Virus record (IMG/VR): IMGVR_UViG_3300027126_000252
Span: 1-53,733 of that record
DNA from: a virus
Taxonomy: Duplodnaviria > Caudoviricetes
DNA length: 53,733 nucleotides
Strand: one strand, 5' to 3'
Of this stretch, positions 29,592-41,600 are shown one piece after another. The translations under genes were made by a program, and so were the position numbers. How positions within the stretch are numbered: position 1 is the stretch's first letter; each line of letters starts with the position of its first letter. The notes under the pieces were generated by a model that had not been told where the DNA came from, did no database searches, and was given only the letters and a program-made list of their open reading frames with translations.

Positions 29592-30053
29592 TTATCTTAT
29601 ATGATTTAGTTTAAAAATGGTATCTAAAAGATTAGAATAATTTACAGCACAGGGTATTGATGATTTCCGAATAATTTCTATAAACTGCTGGTATTGTAAA
29701 ATATTACCTTCGACCATAGCTATAATCTTATTATATAAGACCTTAGACCAAGCAGTATTAAGCCATAATATAAAATCTGTAATTTCTTTAGTGGCAAGAT
29801 AGTCTTCAAAATCTGTAATATCTTGTATCTTACTAGGCATATCCTCTGCATAGTGTAAAGAGATAGCAGAGACATTACGATATAAAGAAATCTTATCCCT
29901 ATAAATAAAAGGGTATTCCTTTATATAGAATTTCCTCATACCATGTTGCATAGTTCTAGGACTATTAAGTTCAGTAAAGCTATCTTCAAGTTTATGAAGA
30001 GCCATTTTAGTGGCAATATCTAGAACTCGATGAATGTCTTGGATATCAATCAT
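29592..30053 (-). CDS. Hypothetical protein
   Basis: 153-aa ORF, ATGA overlap with the upstream gene. Confidence 0.7.
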   Translation of the reverse strand: MIDIQDIHRVLDIATKMALHKLEDSFTELNSPRTMQHGMRKFYIKEYPFIYRDKISLYRNVSAISLHYAEDMPSKIQDITDFEDYLATKEITDFILWLNTAWSKVLYNKIIAMVEGNILQYQQFIEIIRKSSIPCAVNYSNLLDTIFKLNHIR

Positions 30054-30550
30054 TTTTCTAATAGCCTTTTAAGGTTTTTAATTTCTTTTTCATATTTAGA
30101 TTGAACCCCATTAACTATTTCTTTAACCCTATCTACATCAGTACTATTAATAGCATCAGTAAATTTACCTTTATTAAGGTAAGCTAGGACAACACTATCA
30201 TTCATAGGGTCGAGAGCATGGATTTCATTTTTTAGGTCAATAGAGATAAGTTTACAAACTAAGTCATTTTTAGCTAATCTTAATTTATTACCATTGGAAT
30301 TAAGTTCGATAGCAGTAGTAACAAATTTAATAGTATTAGGTTTAGTAGCTAGGGATAATGCTTTTTTAAAATTTTTAGAGATAAGTGCATCTACGATAGC
30401 TGTTCCTGAGATATGGTCTGATTTTTCAATATCTTCATAGATATTAAGTAGAAAACTAATATTACTTTCATCTTCGAGAGATGTATCGGCATTTCTAGTA
30501 GGTAGGGTATGAGTGGAATAGCCACCCCAAGATTTTTCAGAACTGTTCAT
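30050..30550 (-). CDS. Hypothetical protein with an internal helical repeat
   Basis: AAGGAG RBS; 'AIVDALISKNFKKAL' and 'SVVLAYLNKGKFTDAI' look like two repeat units. Confidence 0.7.
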   Translation of the reverse strand: MNSSEKSWGGYSTHTLPTRNADTSLEDESNISFLLNIYEDIEKSDHISGTAIVDALISKNFKKALSLATKPNTIKFVTTAIELNSNGNKLRLAKNDLVCKLISIDLKNEIHALDPMNDSVVLAYLNKGKFTDAINSTDVDRVKEIVNGVQSKYEKEIKNLKRLLEK

Positions 30551-30640
30551 AATAGGACTCCTTTATATATATATTTTGATAAAGTATCTATAAATGATAT
30601 AACTGTATAGGAGTCTTTTTTAATATAGGAGCAAAATAAA

Positions 30641-31450
30641 ATGCCTAGTTTAGATCATAACCCAAAAGCCGATAATAAAATGAGAGCTGCTGGGTCATCA
30701 GAGATATATAAGTATGGTATGTCCCCTGATTCTCGTGCTGTTATAAGTCAAAAGATTAGACTTTTGACCCCCAGTTATGGTGGTCAAGCAGGTTCTAGAT
30801 ACCAACTTGGAGTAGTCAGTTCTTTTTCTTATAGTGGTGGTTCTAGAAGTACCGAAATTGTTAGAGGCATCGGTTTTGGGGATATTATTGCTGATCGTGT
30901 ACCTGGAGTTACAGAACCTTTTACTGGAACTATTACCAGAACTTTGTTATATCTAAGCAATTTGTTTCAAGCATTAGGATTTGCAGGTGGTGTAGATGGA
31001 CCTGTTCGTTCAGCTGCACATACTCGCTGGCCCTTTGATATGGAAGAACAAATGGTATTTACATTTATGGCTGACGACCAAGTTAGTCATGGTAGTTTCA
31101 ATAACCCTGCTTTAGTAGAGATTGATTTTTCCGGTCAAGGTGTTACTAGTGTTGAAAAGAAAGCTGACGGGACCGTTTATCCACAAAAACATAAAGCATT
31201 AATCACTTTCTTTGAAGGATGCTGGCTAACAGGTGTTGAGCCTGTGGCTAGAGAAGCTGAAGGCAGTAAAATGGAAGAAAGTGCAAATGTAGATATTACT
31301 GATGTTCACGATTTATTCACTACCTATGGCGAATTCTTAGCAACAGGTGGGGTAAATAATAGTGTAAGAACTAAAAGTGCATCTATAGGTGCCAGAGTAG
31401 ACTTGAAAACAGTCGGTGTTACTAATGGAGTAACTAACCCAGCCCAATAA
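30641..31450 (+). CDS. Tail tube-like protein
   Basis: 'GVVSSFS....R..E.VRGIG.GD...VPG...GTITR..LY', 'PFDM', 'FFEGCW' beta-rich tube pattern; first gene before chaperones and tape measure; AGGAG RBS. Confidence 0.65.
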   Translation: MPSLDHNPKADNKMRAAGSSEIYKYGMSPDSRAVISQKIRLLTPSYGGQAGSRYQLGVVSSFSYSGGSRSTEIVRGIGFGDIIADRVPGVTEPFTGTITRTLLYLSNLFQALGFAGGVDGPVRSAAHTRWPFDMEEQMVFTFMADDQVSHGSFNNPALVEIDFSGQGVTSVEKKADGTVYPQKHKALITFFEGCWLTGVEPVAREAEGSKMEESANVDITDVHDLFTTYGEFLATGGVNNSVRTKSASIGARVDLKTVGVTNGVTNPAQ

Positions 31451-31456
31451 CAATAT

Positions 31457-31473
31457 AGGGTGACGACCCTTTT
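31457..31473 (+). terminator. Short hairpin followed by a T-run after the tube gene (possible weak terminator or attenuator)
   Basis: AGGGT-GACG-ACCCT-TTT. Confidence 0.3.
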
Positions 31474-31487
31474 AACAAACGGAGATT

Positions 31488-32111
31488 ATGTATATGTCTA
31501 TATCATTAAATCAATTAAAATCAGCTATGAATAAAATCACACAAGCTGGTTACCTCGAAAGAAAAGTCACCTTAGGTGAAAATACTCTCATTATTAGAAC
31601 TTTGACTCCTAGAGAAGAATCAGAACTCCAAAAAATCATATCCGATTTATCAAGAGATGAAAATATGACTACTCTAGAATTTGTAGACCTAGTCCGTAAA
31701 GAAACTTTAAGTCGTGCTATCGTTCAAATTGACGACCTCGATATGAGAAATGTTGATATGATTGAAACGGATGAAGTCTTAGCTAATGGGGTTAAAGTTA
31801 AAGTATCTAGACAACAAGCTATTTCTGAAATGATTGAATTTCTACCTAGACTCCTTTTAAGTAAAGTCTTTGAAGAAATGAGTCGTTTAACAGAAGAAGT
31901 TGAAGAACGAACTAATAAACTATTAAAAATAGATGTCGTAGATATAGATGCTGAAATTGAAAACCTTGAAAAAAGAATTAAACAACTTGAATTTCAAAAA
32001 GAAACAAGAAAACTCGACCAAGCTACCGTAAAAAATACATCTAATGCCCTCTCTATTACTGGAGATGAAACATTAGCTGAACAATTAAAGAAGGTAGATT
32101 CATCGGTATGA
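31488..32111 (+). CDS. Putative tail assembly chaperone
   Basis: 'IIRTLT..E', 'ETLSRAIVQID' pattern; located between tube and tape measure. Confidence 0.6.
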   Translation: MYMSISLNQLKSAMNKITQAGYLERKVTLGENTLIIRTLTPREESELQKIISDLSRDENMTTLEFVDLVRKETLSRAIVQIDDLDMRNVDMIETDEVLANGVKVKVSRQQAISEMIEFLPRLLLSKVFEEMSRLTEEVEERTNKLLKIDVVDIDAEIENLEKRIKQLEFQKETRKLDQATVKNTSNALSITGDETLAEQLKKVDSSV

Positions 32112-32115
32112 GTAT

Positions 32116-33189
32116 ATGTCTGATTGTTTTAAAGATATAAGAGATATTATAGAAAAAGGATTTATTATTGAATCCTTTAAAATAAATGAAGTCCATATTA
32201 AAATTAAGAATCCTAACCTTCAACTTATTGAATGGTCTGAGGAATTTTCATCTCAAAATATAGAAAGAAGTATAGCTTTATTATCTAAACTTATTATTTC
32301 TATATCAGGTAGAGATACTAAAGATTTTTTCTATGAGATATTTGAAAGTCTTATGGACTCTCAAATATTCTCTATTTTGACTAAAATGTATATGTATGCG
32401 TACCGTCTCATGGGTCGAGCTATCGATGCTAATAAATACCTTGAAGCTTATTGTTATACAGAAGAATCAAGATATTTATGGAGAGCATGGAAAGCAAGAA
32501 GTCTTTTTACGACACATAGACTAGAAGACTTGAATAACATTCAAATATCCTGGGTTATATGGAATGAAGCTGAGGATGAAAGAATAGAATCAGATAGAGA
32601 TTGGGAAAAAGCATTTTTTGTAGCATCAGCAACAAACCCTAAAGGTGTTGAAAGTGTTCAAAAGAAATGGAAAAATAAAGATAATCAAGAGTTTGAAAGA
32701 AGAGAAGATTTAATAGAACAGGCAGTTAAAGGTCTTTTAGAGGAAACTAATAATGAAGTAAAAAGAAAAACTAGGAAGAAAAGACATAAAACTATGGAAG
32801 ATTTAGAGGAAGAAATGAGAAAATGGGTAGCTGGTGAGGAGGATGATCACGATATCATCGTAAGAACATATAAGGAAGAAATACAAAGTCATATTGATGA
32901 TTTAGTTCAACAAGCTGAGGAAATGAAAAAAAGGGGAAGACAAAAGAGAGCTGAGTTAGATAGTGCTATTACAGGTATTAGTTTAGTAGGTTTAACTGAG
33001 GAACAGATAAAGAGTAAAGTTAAACCTGGTATAGCAGCTCCTGATGTTAATGATGTCAATAGAAATATTATAGGCAATATCATAATGAAACCAACACAAG
33101 GTAATTTATCCATTGATGGTGATAAGGTTATAACTAATCAACCTTCTTTAATGGATAAAATAGCACAAAGAAAACCTACTATGGAGTAA
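32116..33189 (+). CDS. Putative second tail assembly chaperone / hypothetical
   Basis: Charged helical protein directly upstream of the tape measure gene. Confidence 0.5.
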   Translation: MSDCFKDIRDIIEKGFIIESFKINEVHIKIKNPNLQLIEWSEEFSSQNIERSIALLSKLIISISGRDTKDFFYEIFESLMDSQIFSILTKMYMYAYRLMGRAIDANKYLEAYCYTEESRYLWRAWKARSLFTTHRLEDLNNIQISWVIWNEAEDERIESDRDWEKAFFVASATNPKGVESVQKKWKNKDNQEFERREDLIEQAVKGLLEETNNEVKRKTRKKRHKTMEDLEEEMRKWVAGEEDDHDIIVRTYKEEIQSHIDDLVQQAEEMKKRGRQKRAELDSAITGISLVGLTEEQIKSKVKPGIAAPDVNDVNRNIIGNIIMKPTQGNLSIDGDKVITNQPSLMDKIAQRKPTME

Positions 33190-33195
33190 GATAAA

Positions 33196-36100
33196 ATGGC
33201 AAAATCTAAATTTGGTGGATTTGGGGGTTCTTCTTCAGATACTAAATCCTATGTAAAGTCATTAGCTGATGTTTCAGCAGCCGTTAAATATTTATCTGAC
33301 AATGTAGCTGGTTTATCTGATGAACAACAAAAACAGCTTAAAATCATTAAACAGTCAAATGATGCTAATAATAAATTATCTCAAATAATAGCAGACCAAG
33401 CACAGCCTGCTTATAGTGATTTTGCTAAACAAATAAAAGAATTAGAGAAAATACAAAAAAGTTATAATGAGAAAATGAAGGTTCAAGGCAAAGAAATGAT
33501 GGAACAGATTTCTTTGACCCAGGCATATGAAACTAAACTTAAAGCTTTAAATGAAAAAAAGAAAAAATTACAGCAAGATTATACAACGGCTGTTGATGAT
33601 AATACAAAAGCACAAATTAGTGCCCAGCAAACAGCAACAGCTAACGAATTAGCTAAAATAGAAGCAGCTTTAAAGTTACAAGAAGAAGCAACTAAACAAA
33701 AAATACAAAAATATGATGAGGAAGTTAGAAAATTTGAAGAAGCTGAGGGTGCAAAAAGAAAAGCATTAACTGAAACAGTAGAAGAAGGTAAAAAAGCATA
33801 TGATTCTTTAATGCAGAAAGCCGATGAATCTTTTAAAAAACCTATGAAAGGGATGGGAGATTTTGCTGATAGAACTAAAGTAGCTTTAGAAGGGATTCAA
33901 GGTCAAATAGATACTTTCGCTAAAATGGGATCTCTCGGAGATATTTCTCGTTTTGGTATCGGATTTGGAGAGTCTTTACAGACTGCGGGTGCTAATATGA
34001 AAGCTATGGGTGGGGTAATGGGTAAAATGGGGGGTGGGATAGCTGCTTTAGGTGGAGCTTTATCTAAAGCATTAGGTCCTATTGGTATTATTATAAGTAT
34101 TGCCGAAACCTTTATGCAAGCTGAAAAAGATCAGAAAGATTTTAATAAAGCTATTTTAGAGGGTGGTGGTGCTTTAGATTTTATGGCAAAAGAAAGTGAT
34201 AATTTACATGAAAATTTAAATTCACTTAGAAAAGGGATGCTGGATTATACAAATCTAACTAGACTAGGTATGTCACCAGAAGAAATGAGGTCTACCCTTA
34301 ATAGCTTACAAGAGTCTAATCTTACTTTAAAGAAAATGGCCCCTAATGCTTCTAATATTAAACAACAATTTGAAGGAGCTAAAACTTTAATTGGGGAAAT
34401 GAAAACAGTATCTACTGTTTTTGGTGTAGGGATTGAAGAGGTTACAAGTCATGTAGTAAGCTTAAATATGAATTTAGGTAAAACTCTTGATGAAGCTGAA
34501 GAACTTAAGAATATTAAAAGTTCTTTTGATCAGATTAGAGATGCCGCTAGTCAAGCTGGTTATAGTAATAAAAAATTCTTTAGTACTATTATTAGTGTGA
34601 CAAATGAAGTAGGGAGCATGAATGGTCGTGTTGCTGAAGCTGGTTCTTTATTTGTTAGACTTAGAAAGTTAATCGGTAAAAAAGGTGAAGAGGTTTTTGA
34701 ATCAGTTAAAGAAGGATATAAAGGTAAATCTGTACAAGAAAAAGTCACTGATGTTTATAAGGTAGGTGGAAAAAAAACTAAGCAAATTCTCCAAAGAGAA
34801 GCTGTTTTAAAAGGACAAGCCTTATTCGGTGCAGTAGATAAAGACACAGGTGGAGAACTTAGTAAAGGTGTGTATGGAGGAAAACAGCTAGGAGAACTTG
34901 AAAAGATTCTAGGTCCTGACTTAGTAAAAGGATTACGAGAAGGTAATGAAGAAGCTATAAAAAAGATTTCTCAGATGGATGCAGGAAAAAAAGCTGACAT
35001 CTTAAGAACAATACAATCAACTGAAGGTCTAGGTGCTGATGTAGCTAACACAATACAAGACTTTATGACATTATCTAGAGGTGTCGCTGGCAATATGGGT
35101 GCTACTATCAACGCACTTGAAAAAATGGGTATGGGAGGTAATTTAGCTATGATGGTCAACAAATTAAATTTTGTTGGTCTCTCAGCAGATAAATTATCTG
35201 AGACTACACTTGAAAATGTAGCTACACAAGAATTATTGAGTCAGACATTTGGGGAAAATAAAGAAGCAGTAACACAACTTCTGTCTCGTGGTATAGGAGA
35301 ATATAAAAACTATAGTGCATTAGTTGACCAATATAACAAGGAGACAGATGAAAAGAAGAAAAAAGAAATTGAAGAAAAATTAAATAAAGAAGGTCTAGGG
35401 ATTAAAGAGGGTAAACTTATTGCTAAAGGTAGTGGCAAAGAAATTAAAGATTTTAGTAGTTTCATACAAGCCTTACCCGAAAGATTTAAACCTTTAGAAG
35501 ATATGGCGACATCTGCCAAATCACAAGAAGAGCTATTACAAGAAAGTATTGATGCAACAGTTGCATCTAGTGATGCTATTGGTGCTATTTTGAAAGAGAA
35601 ATTAGACTTTCTAGGAAATCTTACATCTGGAATATTTTCTTGGATTACAGGAGATGATGATAAAAAGAAAAAACAGAAAATTCAAGACCAAGAAAAGTTA
35701 TCTGAAGAATTAAGAAGCAAAGAATCAGCTCTTTCTAAAAATAAAGAGTATCGGGCAGATGTATTAAAACAATATAGAGCAGAAACAGACCCTACTAAAA
35801 AAAAGGCTTTGAAAGATAAAATAGATGATATAGATAAAGAACTAAAAAAAGATCAAAAAAGCATAGAATTAGATAAAGCTACATCTAAACAACTCAGTAA
35901 GTATGCCGTTAAAGATAGAGGGACAGCTGAAAATATGGCTAGATATGAACTAGCTAAACAAGTTTATGATCGTGCAGGCGGAGATCAGGATAAAGAAAAA
36001 GCTTTGGCAGCCGTAGATGCTGAATTTGAAGGTGGTTGGGCAAGAAAAGAATTAGAAGCTCGTGAGAAGTTAAGAAATAGTAAGGATGAGAAGGATCAAA

Positions 36101-36990
36101 AGAAATTAAGAGAAATTGAAACAGGAAGTGAGGATAGTGGAGGGTCTGCTTTTGAAATTGAGTCTGCCAAAAAGGAGGATGAATTATATGAAAAGTATGT
36201 TGACTCTCTAGATACAAGTGGCTCTTACATAATAACTCCGTATCAGCAAGAGACACTGAAGAATCTCGATGATTTTAGAGCTGAGAAAAAAAAGTATACT
36301 TTTAAAGTAGGTGACAGTGGTGGGAATATAGGTGCGATGAAAGCTGCAGATGAGCAAGCAAAAAAAGACGAACAAGCTAAACTTGAACAAGAGGAATTAA
36401 ATAATAAATTACTTGAGGAAGAAAGAAAATTACAATATGACATTGCAAATGATACAAAGCTTATGGAAAAAGAAGCAACTATAAAATTTGAAGCCGAATA
36501 TAAAGGAGAAAAGAAATATAAACAAGAGAAAAAGAAAGAATACATAGATCAATATAAAGAAGCTAACTTAGAATTATATAAAACAAAAGAAACACAAGAA
36601 ACTGAAAAACAAGCAAAAGATATACAAGAGCTATATCTGAAACAAAAAAAAAGCTATACTCTAGAGCAAATTAAAGCAGCTATCGAAAAGAAAAAAGCAG
36701 CAGAAATTATGGGAGGAGAAGATGCTGTAAAAACGATAGAACAACATATAAAACCAGCACAAGACCTTATTATCTCTGATAAAGGTGCTTTCAGACTTAA
36801 CAGTAAAGATGATATCCTTGCTATGAAACCAGGCGGTGCTGTAGAAGAATATGTTAAATCCACAGGAGGTGGTATGGGTAAAGGTGGTAATGTTACTATT
36901 AACATTAACGGTGGCGATGAAGCTAGAGTCTTTGAAGTTGTTAAAAAAGCTATGAAATCTGCCGGTGTCGTTACTCAAGGAGGATTATAA
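33196..36990 (+). CDS. Tape measure protein
   Basis: 1264 aa of K/E/A-rich coiled coil with a Gly-rich hydrophobic segment (GGVMGKMGGGIAALGG...); C-terminal 'VTININGG'; canonical gene position. Confidence 0.8.
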   Translation: MAKSKFGGFGGSSSDTKSYVKSLADVSAAVKYLSDNVAGLSDEQQKQLKIIKQSNDANNKLSQIIADQAQPAYSDFAKQIKELEKIQKSYNEKMKVQGKEMMEQISLTQAYETKLKALNEKKKKLQQDYTTAVDDNTKAQISAQQTATANELAKIEAALKLQEEATKQKIQKYDEEVRKFEEAEGAKRKALTETVEEGKKAYDSLMQKADESFKKPMKGMGDFADRTKVALEGIQGQIDTFAKMGSLGDISRFGIGFGESLQTAGANMKAMGGVMGKMGGGIAALGGALSKALGPIGIIISIAETFMQAEKDQKDFNKAILEGGGALDFMAKESDNLHENLNSLRKGMLDYTNLTRLGMSPEEMRSTLNSLQESNLTLKKMAPNASNIKQQFEGAKTLIGEMKTVSTVFGVGIEEVTSHVVSLNMNLGKTLDEAEELKNIKSSFDQIRDAASQAGYSNKKFFSTIISVTNEVGSMNGRVAEAGSLFVRLRKLIGKKGEEVFESVKEGYKGKSVQEKVTDVYKVGGKKTKQILQREAVLKGQALFGAVDKDTGGELSKGVYGGKQLGELEKILGPDLVKGLREGNEEAIKKISQMDAGKKADILRTIQSTEGLGADVANTIQDFMTLSRGVAGNMGATINALEKMGMGGNLAMMVNKLNFVGLSADKLSETTLENVATQELLSQTFGENKEAVTQLLSRGIGEYKNYSALVDQYNKETDEKKKKEIEEKLNKEGLGIKEGKLIAKGSGKEIKDFSSFIQALPERFKPLEDMATSAKSQEELLQESIDATVASSDAIGAILKEKLDFLGNLTSGIFSWITGDDDKKKKQKIQDQEKLSEELRSKESALSKNKEYRADVLKQYRAETDPTKKKALKDKIDDIDKELKKDQKSIELDKATSKQLSKYAVKDRGTAENMARYELAKQVYDRAGGDQDKEKALAAVDAEFEGGWARKELEAREKLRNSKDEKDQKKLREIETGSEDSGGSAFEIESAKKEDELYEKYVDSLDTSGSYIITPYQQETLKNLDDFRAEKKKYTFKVGDSGGNIGAMKAADEQAKKDEQAKLEQEELNNKLLEEERKLQYDIANDTKLMEKEATIKFEAEYKGEKKYKQEKKKEYIDQYKEANLELYKTKETQETEKQAKDIQELYLKQKKSYTLEQIKAAIEKKKAAEIMGGEDAVKTIEQHIKPAQDLIISDKGAFRLNSKDDILAMKPGGAVEEYVKSTGGGMGKGGNVTININGGDEARVFEVVKKAMKSAGVVTQGGL

Positions 36991-36992
36991 TT

Positions 36993-37595
36993 ATGTCTTA
37001 TATACAACCCGTTATCTATTCCCCTAATGAAAACCCTAAAGGTATTAAACCCGTTGTCTTCGACATCATAGCTCCAGATGGTCAAACATCTCTACTATCC
37101 GATGGTCAAAATGATTATCGTATGATACTCCATGCTAATATGAATGATATTAGTATTTCCTATGATAAATCAATAGAACGAACTCAAACTATGGGAGGAT
37201 GGATTGAAACCCATTGGTCAGATAAACCTGTTACCATTACCCTAGCTATCGCCACAGGTGGATTTATCCATAAGGATAGAGGTCTTGTTGCTACTTCAGG
37301 ACCTGTGCCTAAAGTCGGTGGTATAGATCAAGGTCATACTAGACGAGATACCATAGGCTACCAACAATACCTAGACTTACTAGCCCTATTCCATAATAAC
37401 GGTGCTTTCTATGATCGTAAAGGTGAAATTGTTGTTCATGGTCGTATTAAAATGTCTTTTGATGGCGGTGTGTGGTTCGGTTGGTTTCAAAACTTTTCAG
37501 TAGCTGATACTGCTGATGCCCCCCATCTCTTTAAATGCTCTCTCGGCTTCCAAGTCGAAAGAGAAGTTCATGGGATAAGAACACAAGGATTATAA
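36993..37595 (+). CDS. Tail tube initiator / baseplate hub-associated protein
   Basis: 'ISYDK.I.R.QT.GGW...HW.D....ITL', 'W.G.F..F' tube-fold pattern after the tape measure gene. Confidence 0.6.
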   Translation: MSYIQPVIYSPNENPKGIKPVVFDIIAPDGQTSLLSDGQNDYRMILHANMNDISISYDKSIERTQTMGGWIETHWSDKPVTITLAIATGGFIHKDRGLVATSGPVPKVGGIDQGHTRRDTIGYQQYLDLLALFHNNGAFYDRKGEIVVHGRIKMSFDGGVWFGWFQNFSVADTADAPHLFKCSLGFQVEREVHGIRTQGL

Positions 37596-37598
37596 TTT

Positions 37599-38624
37599 AT
37601 GGCTACTACTCCAGACTATTTACAAACTAGACCCTTTGTCGAATTACCCACAGGTGAACTCTTTGTATTATATCCTGATGATGACATTGGTACTTACCCT
37701 ATTGATACTACAAACCCTTTATTAAGAGGATATGCCCCATTTGTCTTATATATTGAACCACCTAACATCATTCAACCTCTAAGTAAAAAGGACACTGTGC
37801 TAGATAGGGAGGGTGTTAATAAAAGCCAACCTTTCTCTTCCCCTCTTAGAAATAGGTCTTACTTAAAGACAAACCCTAATTCTTTAAGTGGTGCTACTCT
37901 CAGTAGTATTGCAGGACCTCCTACATCTGTCAGAACAGAAGCTGACAGAGATCAAACACTCCCATCTTATTTAAATGACAGACTTGTAGCTTTAGATATT
38001 CTTGACCAATACAAACAATTAAAAGATTTACCTGTCATTACTTTTCTCATAAACCCTCAAAGCATGAATATCTCTTATACTAAAATCCAAGCATACCAAG
38101 ACCAAACTAGAATGGGTTATATTTTTCAAGCATGGGGTGAAGATATTCCTACCTTAGAATTATCTTGTAAAGTCGGTAGTTATCTATCTGGACATACAGA
38201 TCCTGGTAAAGCTAGAGGTTTACACCATACAAGTAGAAGAGATAGTGCGGCTTATAGACAACTTATGAATATTCTTGCCCTATTTAAAAATGGTGCTACT
38301 ATTAGAGATAGGTTAGGCAGAACTGAAATGATCCATCAAGTAGGATACCATGTTATAGAATATGATGGTGTTCGATATACAGGACATATTAAATCTTTTA
38401 ATTGGGGTATATCACAAGAACTCTCACATGGGGGACTGGATTTTAACATGGGTTTTGAAATACTCCAAATGGATTATTTTGAAACTAGGGATGTAACAAA
38501 TGTAGTTAATGCTCAAAATGCCCGTTCTTTCCTCAACCAAGAATCAGGTTTTAATCAATTAGTTGCAAGTGGCTCTACCTCACTAGTAAATAGTGGGCTA
38601 CTAACTAAACTAGGAGTTAGCTAA
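37599..38624 (+). CDS. Second tube-initiator-like protein (C-terminal domain paralogous to 36993-37595)
   Basis: 'INPQSMNISYTK...QTRMGY...WGED', 'RRDSAAYRQL..LLALFKN' vs 'RRDTIGYQQY..LLALFHN' in the previous ORF. Confidence 0.65.
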   Translation: MATTPDYLQTRPFVELPTGELFVLYPDDDIGTYPIDTTNPLLRGYAPFVLYIEPPNIIQPLSKKDTVLDREGVNKSQPFSSPLRNRSYLKTNPNSLSGATLSSIAGPPTSVRTEADRDQTLPSYLNDRLVALDILDQYKQLKDLPVITFLINPQSMNISYTKIQAYQDQTRMGYIFQAWGEDIPTLELSCKVGSYLSGHTDPGKARGLHHTSRRDSAAYRQLMNILALFKNGATIRDRLGRTEMIHQVGYHVIEYDGVRYTGHIKSFNWGISQELSHGGLDFNMGFEILQMDYFETRDVTNVVNAQNARSFLNQESGFNQLVASGSTSLVNSGLLTKLGVS

Positions 38625-41600
38625 ATGACTATCAGTATTAAAGGTGGTACAAGTGCTACTACCACAGGTAAAATACTCGATAGACCTTATGTAGGTCTAT
38701 GGAAACCTAACTTCAGAAAAACTCTTTCTTATGCCCCAGATGCTCTTGTTTATATAAATGGGGATACATCACTTGTAGGTTGTAAAGATTGTAACAACAG
38801 AATAGACTTTCAACCATATATCACTCAAGTTTCATGTGGTGCAGGTGTTGAGGCTAGTAGTGGTGATGCTAATATCAGTTTCTCTATTCCTAAACATCAT
38901 GGCGACAGTATCTTTAAAGATGGTGCTTTTCTTATCACACCAGGTCTTGAAGTGAATATTTATATTCGTGGTGTATTTGATGTTAAAGATTTAAACAATG
39001 ATGAGATAGTAGAATATACTGACGAGAAATATAACCTTAAAGACCTTAAAATGAAACCTTACTACCCTGTATTTCATGGTGTAGTAACAAGTATATCCTA
39101 TGCTTATGGTGGTGGTTTTTATAGTGGGTCATTCTCTTGTAATAATTTGTTATATTTTTGGCAGTATCAGTCTATTACGACTAATGGAGCAGCCTTTGGA
39201 GCTAAACCTAGTGAGTCTGCTGGTTCTGTTCAAATGACAGGACATAAATTTACAGGTATGACTCCACACCAAATTATTTACAGCCTATTTAGAGATACAG
39301 GTGGCTCTGCACAAGGTGTTATTGGGGGTATTAACAAGAAATCTAATGTAAATGCTCGTGTAGGCAAACAAGATGCTTACAGTTTAAGTCTTAGATACTG
39401 GGAACGAAGATTCTCTCAAGGTATGTATGGTTTAAGGATGCATGGTGCTTCAGGTCGTTTATTTTCTAGTCTTGAACAAGTTTATTATGGAAATACAAAT
39501 GGCAGAGAAACAAATAAAGTAGCATCTGCAAATACTGGAGTTAAAAACAAAAAACAATCTAAGACAAAAACACCTAATCCTTTAGGTAATAATGAAGCTT
39601 TTCTTAGAAGAGCAAACATCATAAAAGTAGATGGGGATGGTACAAGTTCTCGTATATTTTCAAGAGGAGTTGATATTCAAATAGCAACTCAAAGTGAAAG
39701 TGGCACATCCCAAACCACTGCTGATATGCAAGCATATATCCTAGATATAGGTAATTTAGCTAATATAAATATGTGGGAAGCTTCTTATGAAACTAAACAA
39801 CAAATAGCGACTACCGTTGCTGATAAAGTTAATTTTGAATTTTATCAAGATGTAGATGGGGACTTAGTCTTTAAACCACCTCTATATAATCTTAACACTA
39901 AAGCTAGTCGTGTTTATGTGCTTAAACCGGAAGACATAGTAAGTATGAATTTTTCTGTTAAAGAACCTCAATATACTTATGCTGTTGTTAAAGGCACTTT
40001 AACAAAAAATTTAAATGGTGTTTTAGATGATGACTTTATTACACCTAAATCTACTTATATTGATTATAGGCTCGTAGCTAAATATGGGTGGAGACCTTTA
40101 GAAATAGACAGTAATGTGCATACCAATACAACATCAGCTTTCTATTATGCTGCAGCTGAACTTGATCGACAAAACCAAGAAGCTGAAACTGCTTCTGTTA
40201 CAATTACCCTTAGACCTGAATTAAAGCCTGGTTATCCTGTATATATAGAACATATAGATTGTTTTTATTATGTAACATCTGTAAGTCATGATTTTACATA
40301 TGGGTCTTCTTGTAGTACTACTATTGAAATTAAAGCTAGAAGAAAACGATTTATGCCACCTGGTGATATAAATGTTTCATATAAAGATTCACCTGAAAAG
40401 GCTGTTGATCTTATTAATACCAATAAGGGAGCTAAATACCTCAAAAAGAAAGAAAAAACAGTAAGTACCTCAGGTATAGAAGGAGAAGAAATTATTAAAG
40501 TTACAGGCTTCCCTAATGTTGTTATGGGTATTGATATGACTCGTATCGATCCTAATTTCTTTTTTATGGGGACTGAGACTCTTGAAATAGAAAAACCCTA
40601 TTTTAAGCAAATGATTATTGCTGAGGCTATAAGTTTAGGGGTTTTACAATTAGATGAAAATAGTTCTAGCGACCCTTTTAGTGCTAAGGCTAAGTTTGTA
40701 GTCTTTGATGTTGTAGAAAATGGAAGACCTAAACAAATAGGTACTATATCAGCTAATGATATAACAAGTGGACAAAAGAGCATCGGAGATATTATTCCTC
40801 AGTATCAAAAATCCTTAGATAAGATAGCTGGAAGTAAATTAAAACCGGAACAAAAAGCTGAAAACAGAGAAGCCGCCGAGTTAAAAAGAGACAAAGCTTT
40901 TAATGACTTAACAAATGTAGATGGAAATACAAATAATGGAGGACAGCAAGAAAATGTTACTTTTATATATAGTGAAGAATATGAAAAAACTCTTTTAAAC
41001 CCTGAAGATGGTACAAAGCCATCCCTAACCTTATTAGATTTAATTAACATTATGAGGGTAAATAAACAAAGAGCGAATGAAGTATCTTCAGGAATGGGGA
41101 GTACTGCTAATATCTTAGAATTACTTTCTAACAAGAAAAATGCTTTCTCCCCCCATGTGCCAGGCTACTTTAGGTATTTTAGTTGTTCTCATCCAGATCC
41201 TAAAATGCAAGGTGCTACTGAAATTGATTTTATTGAAGATAGTGGTGAGATAAAAAGTGTTGGTGAGAGACTTATAAAAACTTCTGAAGAAAGATTTAAT
41301 GGAAATAAGGTCAATATGGTAGTTCCTGACCCTACTTCAACTGATGGGGATTTAGTCACTTTTACTCAAGCATATCCCGTAGCTGGTCTTAAAGTAAAAA
41401 ATTATTTTACAAACCAAATAGATGTTATTCCTACTAATGAAATTACATCTCTTACTTTTCAAGAACACCCAGTCATACTAAAAACAGGTAAAATTGATCC
41501 CAAAAAAGATAAAGGAGAGTTATGGGTCGGACTACCTCCTGACTTGTACAGAGACAACAAGGATATGATCAAAAGACAATTTATATATGACTTTATAAAG

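Noticed and set aside
30554-30616. Inverted repeat GACTCCT...AGGAGTC as a mobile-element end or terminator
   Set aside because: Explained at least partly by Shine-Dalgarno-like sequences of two divergent genes; arms are short and far apart
31488-33189. Programmed -1 frameshift between tail chaperones (lambda G/GT type)
   Set aside because: The second ORF is in the +1 frame, has its own ATG, and I saw no convincing slippery heptamer near the first stop
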